Below, piece by piece: positions 61,112 to 64,000 of a DNA stretch of 64,000 nucleotides. Source of the stretch: Candidatus Binatia bacterium (lineage in GTDB: Bacteria > Desulfobacterota > Binatia > UBA9968 > JAJDTQ01). The first letter of the stretch is position 1; each line of letters begins with the position of its first letter. The notes below the pieces were generated by a model, which saw only the letters and a program-made list of their open reading frames with translations, was not told the DNA's origin and made no database searches. The position numbers and the translations under genes are program-made. The stretch lies in the NCBI GenBank assembly GCA_963666515.2, contig OY762897.2, forward strand, positions 3,136,001-3,200,000, given 5' to 3'.

Positions 61112-62446
61112 GTGGAACTGTTCGACTCCACCACCTCTCCGACGGGCGGAAAGAACACGCCTCTGGCGGAGCGGATGCGGCCCTCCCGCCTGGACGAGGT
61201 GCTGGGGCAGGAGCACCTGCTCGGCCCCGGCAAGCTGCTGCGCGGCATGGCCGACGGCGGCCGGCTCCAGTCCATCATCCTCTGGGGTCCGCCCGGCTGC
61301 GGCAAGACCACCCTCGCCCGGCTCCTGGCCGACGCCTGCAACGCCCACTGCATCCAGTTCTCCGCGGTAACCTCCGGCACCCGCGAGTTGAAGAACATCC
61401 TCCCGGACGCCCGCCGCCTGCAACGCAGCGCGGTCCCGGTGGTGCTCCTGGTGGACGAGATCCACCACTTCAACAAGTCGCAGCAGGACACCTTTCTGCC
61501 CCACGTCGAGGCCGGGCTGCTGACCCTCATCGGCGCCACCACCGAGAACCCCTCCTTCGAGCTGATCTCTCCGCTGCTCTCCCGTTGCCGCGTCTGCGTG
61601 ATGCATCCCCTGACCGAAGAGACCCTCGATCGGGTGGTGGACCGGGCCGTGGCCGAGCGCGGACGGGGGCTCTGGGACGCCGGCCTCGGCATCGCGCCGG
61701 AGGCGCGGGAGCTGCTGGTGCAGCGCGCGCAAGGGGACGCCCGGGTGGCCCTCAACGGCCTGGAGGGCGCGGTCACGCTGGCGCGCGCCGGCTCTGGGGC
61801 CGGCCGTATCGAGCAGGCCCACGTCGAGCAGGCCCTGCAGCTCTCGCCGCTCCACTACGACAAGTCCGGCGAGGAGCACTACAACCTGGTCTCGGCTTTC
61901 ATCAAGAGCCTGCGAGGCAGCGACCCGGACGCCGCGGTGTACTGGATGGTGCGCATGATCGAGGCCGGGGAGGACCCGCTGTTCATTGCCCGGCGCATGG
62001 TCATCTTCGCGGCCGAGGACGTCGGCAACGCCGACCCGCAGGCGCTGCAGGTGGCGGTGGCCGCCAAGGACGCGTTCCACTTCGTCGGCCTGCCGGAAGG
62101 GCGGATCCCCATGAGCCAGGCCGCCGTCTACCTGGCCACCGCGCCCAAGTCCAATTCGTCCTACCGCGCCCTGCTGGAGGCCACCCGGGACGTGCGCGAG
62201 CACGGCGCCCTGCCCACCCCGCTCCACCTCAGGAACGCCCCCACCGGCCTCATGAAGTCCCTGGGCTACGGCGCCGACTACCGCTACCCCCACGACTCCC
62301 CCGGCCACGTCACCGACCAGGAGCACCTGCCGGCTGATCTGAAGGGCCGCCGCTACTACGAGCCCAGCGACCAGGGGCACGAGCGGACCGTCCGGGAGCG
62401 GCTGAAGGCCTGGGACGCGCTGAAGAAACGCAGCGAGCCGGGCTGA
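61112..62446 (+). CDS. rarA: Replication-associated recombination protein A
   Basis: PLAERMRP, GPPGCGKT, DEIHHF, SAFIKSLRGSD. Confidence 0.95.
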   Translation: MELFDSTTSPTGGKNTPLAERMRPSRLDEVLGQEHLLGPGKLLRGMADGGRLQSIILWGPPGCGKTTLARLLADACNAHCIQFSAVTSGTRELKNILPDARRLQRSAVPVVLLVDEIHHFNKSQQDTFLPHVEAGLLTLIGATTENPSFELISPLLSRCRVCVMHPLTEETLDRVVDRAVAERGRGLWDAGLGIAPEARELLVQRAQGDARVALNGLEGAVTLARAGSGAGRIEQAHVEQALQLSPLHYDKSGEEHYNLVSAFIKSLRGSDPDAAVYWMVRMIEAGEDPLFIARRMVIFAAEDVGNADPQALQVAVAAKDAFHFVGLPEGRIPMSQAAVYLATAPKSNSSYRALLEATRDVREHGALPTPLHLRNAPTGLMKSLGYGADYRYPHDSPGHVTDQEHLPADLKGRRYYEPSDQGHERTVRERLKAWDALKKRSEPG

Positions 62447-62454
62447 GCCGGCCA

Positions 62455-62524
62455 GGGCGACCGCGGGTCGCCCCTACATGGGGTTCATCGCTGGCGCATG
62501 TGTAGGGGCGACCCGCGGTCGCCC
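62455..62524. repeat. REP doublet (REPIN/BIME-like)
   Basis: Perfect 24-bp inverted pair GGGCGACCGCGGGTCGCCCCTACA / TGTAGGGGCGACCCGCGGTCGCCC with a 22-bp spacer. Confidence 0.85.
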
Positions 62525-62556
62525 CCTGAAATTAGATTACCCGGACGGGTTCCTAG

Positions 62557-64000
62557 CTAGGGCGGCGGGCGGGCGGTCTCCAACTCGCGCTTGGCGGCCC
62601 GCACCTTGTCGAGGAACCGCTCGGTCACGCGCCCGCCGTCCCGCGGGTCGCGGATGACGCGGGGGGTGATCAGGATGACCAGCTCGGTCCGGTCGGACCG
62701 TTCGAGATCGGTGCGAAAGAGCGGACCCAGCACGGGCACGTCCATGAGCAGGGGGATGCCGACCCGCGTCCGGCGCAGGTTGTCGGTGATGATGCCGCCG
62801 ATGACCAGGGTCTGGCCGTCCTGAAGGACCGCGGTGGTCTCCGCGTCCCGGACGTTGAAGGCGGCGAAGGACTGGGCCCCGACCAGCACCCTTTCCCCCA
62901 CGTCGCTGACCTCCACCCGCGCCTGCAGGTTCACGAGGCCCTCGGAGTTGACCCGGGGGACGATGGTCAGGATGCGGCCGACGTTCTTGAACTGGATGGT
63001 CGTGGTGGCGGCCCGGGCCTCTTGCGACACCACCACGCCGGTGGCCACCGGCTGCTCGCTGCCCACGCGAATCCGCGCCGGGCGGTTGTCCACGGCCAGG
63101 AGATGGGGGGAGGACAGCACCTTGACCCGGGCGTCCTGCATCAGCGCCTTGACGAACGCGCGAAAATCGCGGCCGGCGTCGATGATGGAGGAGAAGCCCG
63201 AGCCAAGGGTCTGGAGCGCCGTATCCGCGGCGGAGTCGGAGTCGGCCGCGGGGGCGCCGAATCCGCCCCTGGACAACGCGTACTCCAAGCCGAACTCGAA
63301 ATCGTCGGTGAGCGTGACCTCGGCCACCAGCACTTCCATGAGCACCTGGCGCGGCACCAAGTCCAGGCTGTCGAGCGCCTCGGCGATGGCGGCGTGTTCC
63401 CTCGCGGTCGCCAGGATCACCAGCGAGTTGGTGTCCGGCTCCGCCACCACGCGAACGCCGTGACCGGCCTTCTCCGACCCGGCCGCCGCGGTCGGACCTC
63501 CCGCTTTCGCAAAAACCTCGGTGCCCTTGGCGGAAAACTCGCCGGGACCTGCGCCTCCGCCGAGCGGAAGTCCCGCGGCGGCGGGTCCACCCGCGCGCGG
63601 CTCTGCGTCCGCGCCGGCCGGGGAGGATCTGCCGGACCCGTACACCTGGTTCAGCACCCGGGCCAGCTCGGCGGCGTTGCGGTTCTCTATGGGCCGGATG
63701 AAGATCCGCCGTCCGGGCGCCTGGTCCGCGACGTCGATCAGGGCCATTATCTCCGACAAGCGTCGGATACTCGACGGCAAATCGACGACTACCAGATAGT
63801 TGCCGCCTGCATGATCGAGCATCGTCGCGCCCTCGCTCATGAACGGGGCCAGCAGCCGTTTCATGGCGGCCACCGGGAAATGGCGGACGGGCAGGATCTG
63901 CATGACGAAGCCGCCGTCGTCGATCCGGCCCGGACCCACCAGCCCGGGCGCCCTGGAGACGGCCGTGATGCGGTAGAAGTCTCCCTGCCGGACGGCCGCG
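62557..64000 (-). CDS. gspD: Type II secretion secretin (GspD-like), 5'-partial
   Basis: QVLMEVLVAEV, VLSSPHL, GQTLVIGG, PLLMDVPVLGPLF, ELVILITP; frame open to the window edge. Confidence 0.85.
   Translation of the reverse strand, partial: AAVRQGDFYRITAVSRAPGLVGPGRIDDGGFVMQILPVRHFPVAAMKRLLAPFMSEGATMLDHAGGNYLVVVDLPSSIRRLSEIMALIDVADQAPGRRIFIRPIENRNAAELARVLNQVYGSGRSSPAGADAEPRAGGPAAAGLPLGGGAGPGEFSAKGTEVFAKAGGPTAAAGSEKAGHGVRVVAEPDTNSLVILATAREHAAIAEALDSLDLVPRQVLMEVLVAEVTLTDDFEFGLEYALSRGGFGAPAADSDSAADTALQTLGSGFSSIIDAGRDFRAFVKALMQDARVKVLSSPHLLAVDNRPARIRVGSEQPVATGVVVSQEARAATTTIQFKNVGRILTIVPRVNSEGLVNLQARVEVSDVGERVLVGAQSFAAFNVRDAETTAVLQDGQTLVIGGIITDNLRRTRVGIPLLMDVPVLGPLFRTDLERSDRTELVILITPRVIRDPRDGGRVTERFLDKVRAAKRELETARPPP

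Overview
A high-GC bacterial chromosomal segment. The gene content (Kdo pathway, dapL, trmD-SPOUT fusion) suggests a Gram-negative, Deltaproteobacteria-like organism; this is inference only. Housekeeping blocks: kdsB-pyrG-kdsA-kdsD-kdsC; coxMSL-like molybdo-flavoenzyme plus enoyl-CoA hydratase; peptide ABC transporter; tldD/pmbA; trpEG; dapL-folK; rsmD-coaD-tRNA-Met; ldcA-serine hydrolase-mpl; groESL; ffh-rpsP-khpA-rimM-trmD-rplS; rarA; and a partial secretin. Accessory inserts between them: (1) an MqsR/MqsA-like pair coupled to a KGGVGR ParA/MinD-like ATPase and a beta-propeller-like gene; (2) a defence-like island with a truncated ABC ATPase, MazEF, a 1330-aa Dsr1-like SIR2 protein, a DUF4160/DUF2442 pair and AAA_14/DUF4143 paralogs; (3) an IS1634-family element just upstream of trpE; (4) a RES/Xre pair; (5) a HicA-like toxin whose partner is fused to a UDG-like domain. 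Best hidden signals: an OsmC-like gene split by an in-frame UGA at the catalytic Cys position, with a SECIS-like hairpin (probable selenoprotein, coupled to a thioredoxin gene); gene-specific palindromes before each AAA_14/DUF4143 gene; and a palindromic repeat inserted in frame into a serine hydrolase. Family names come from motif recognition, not database searches.
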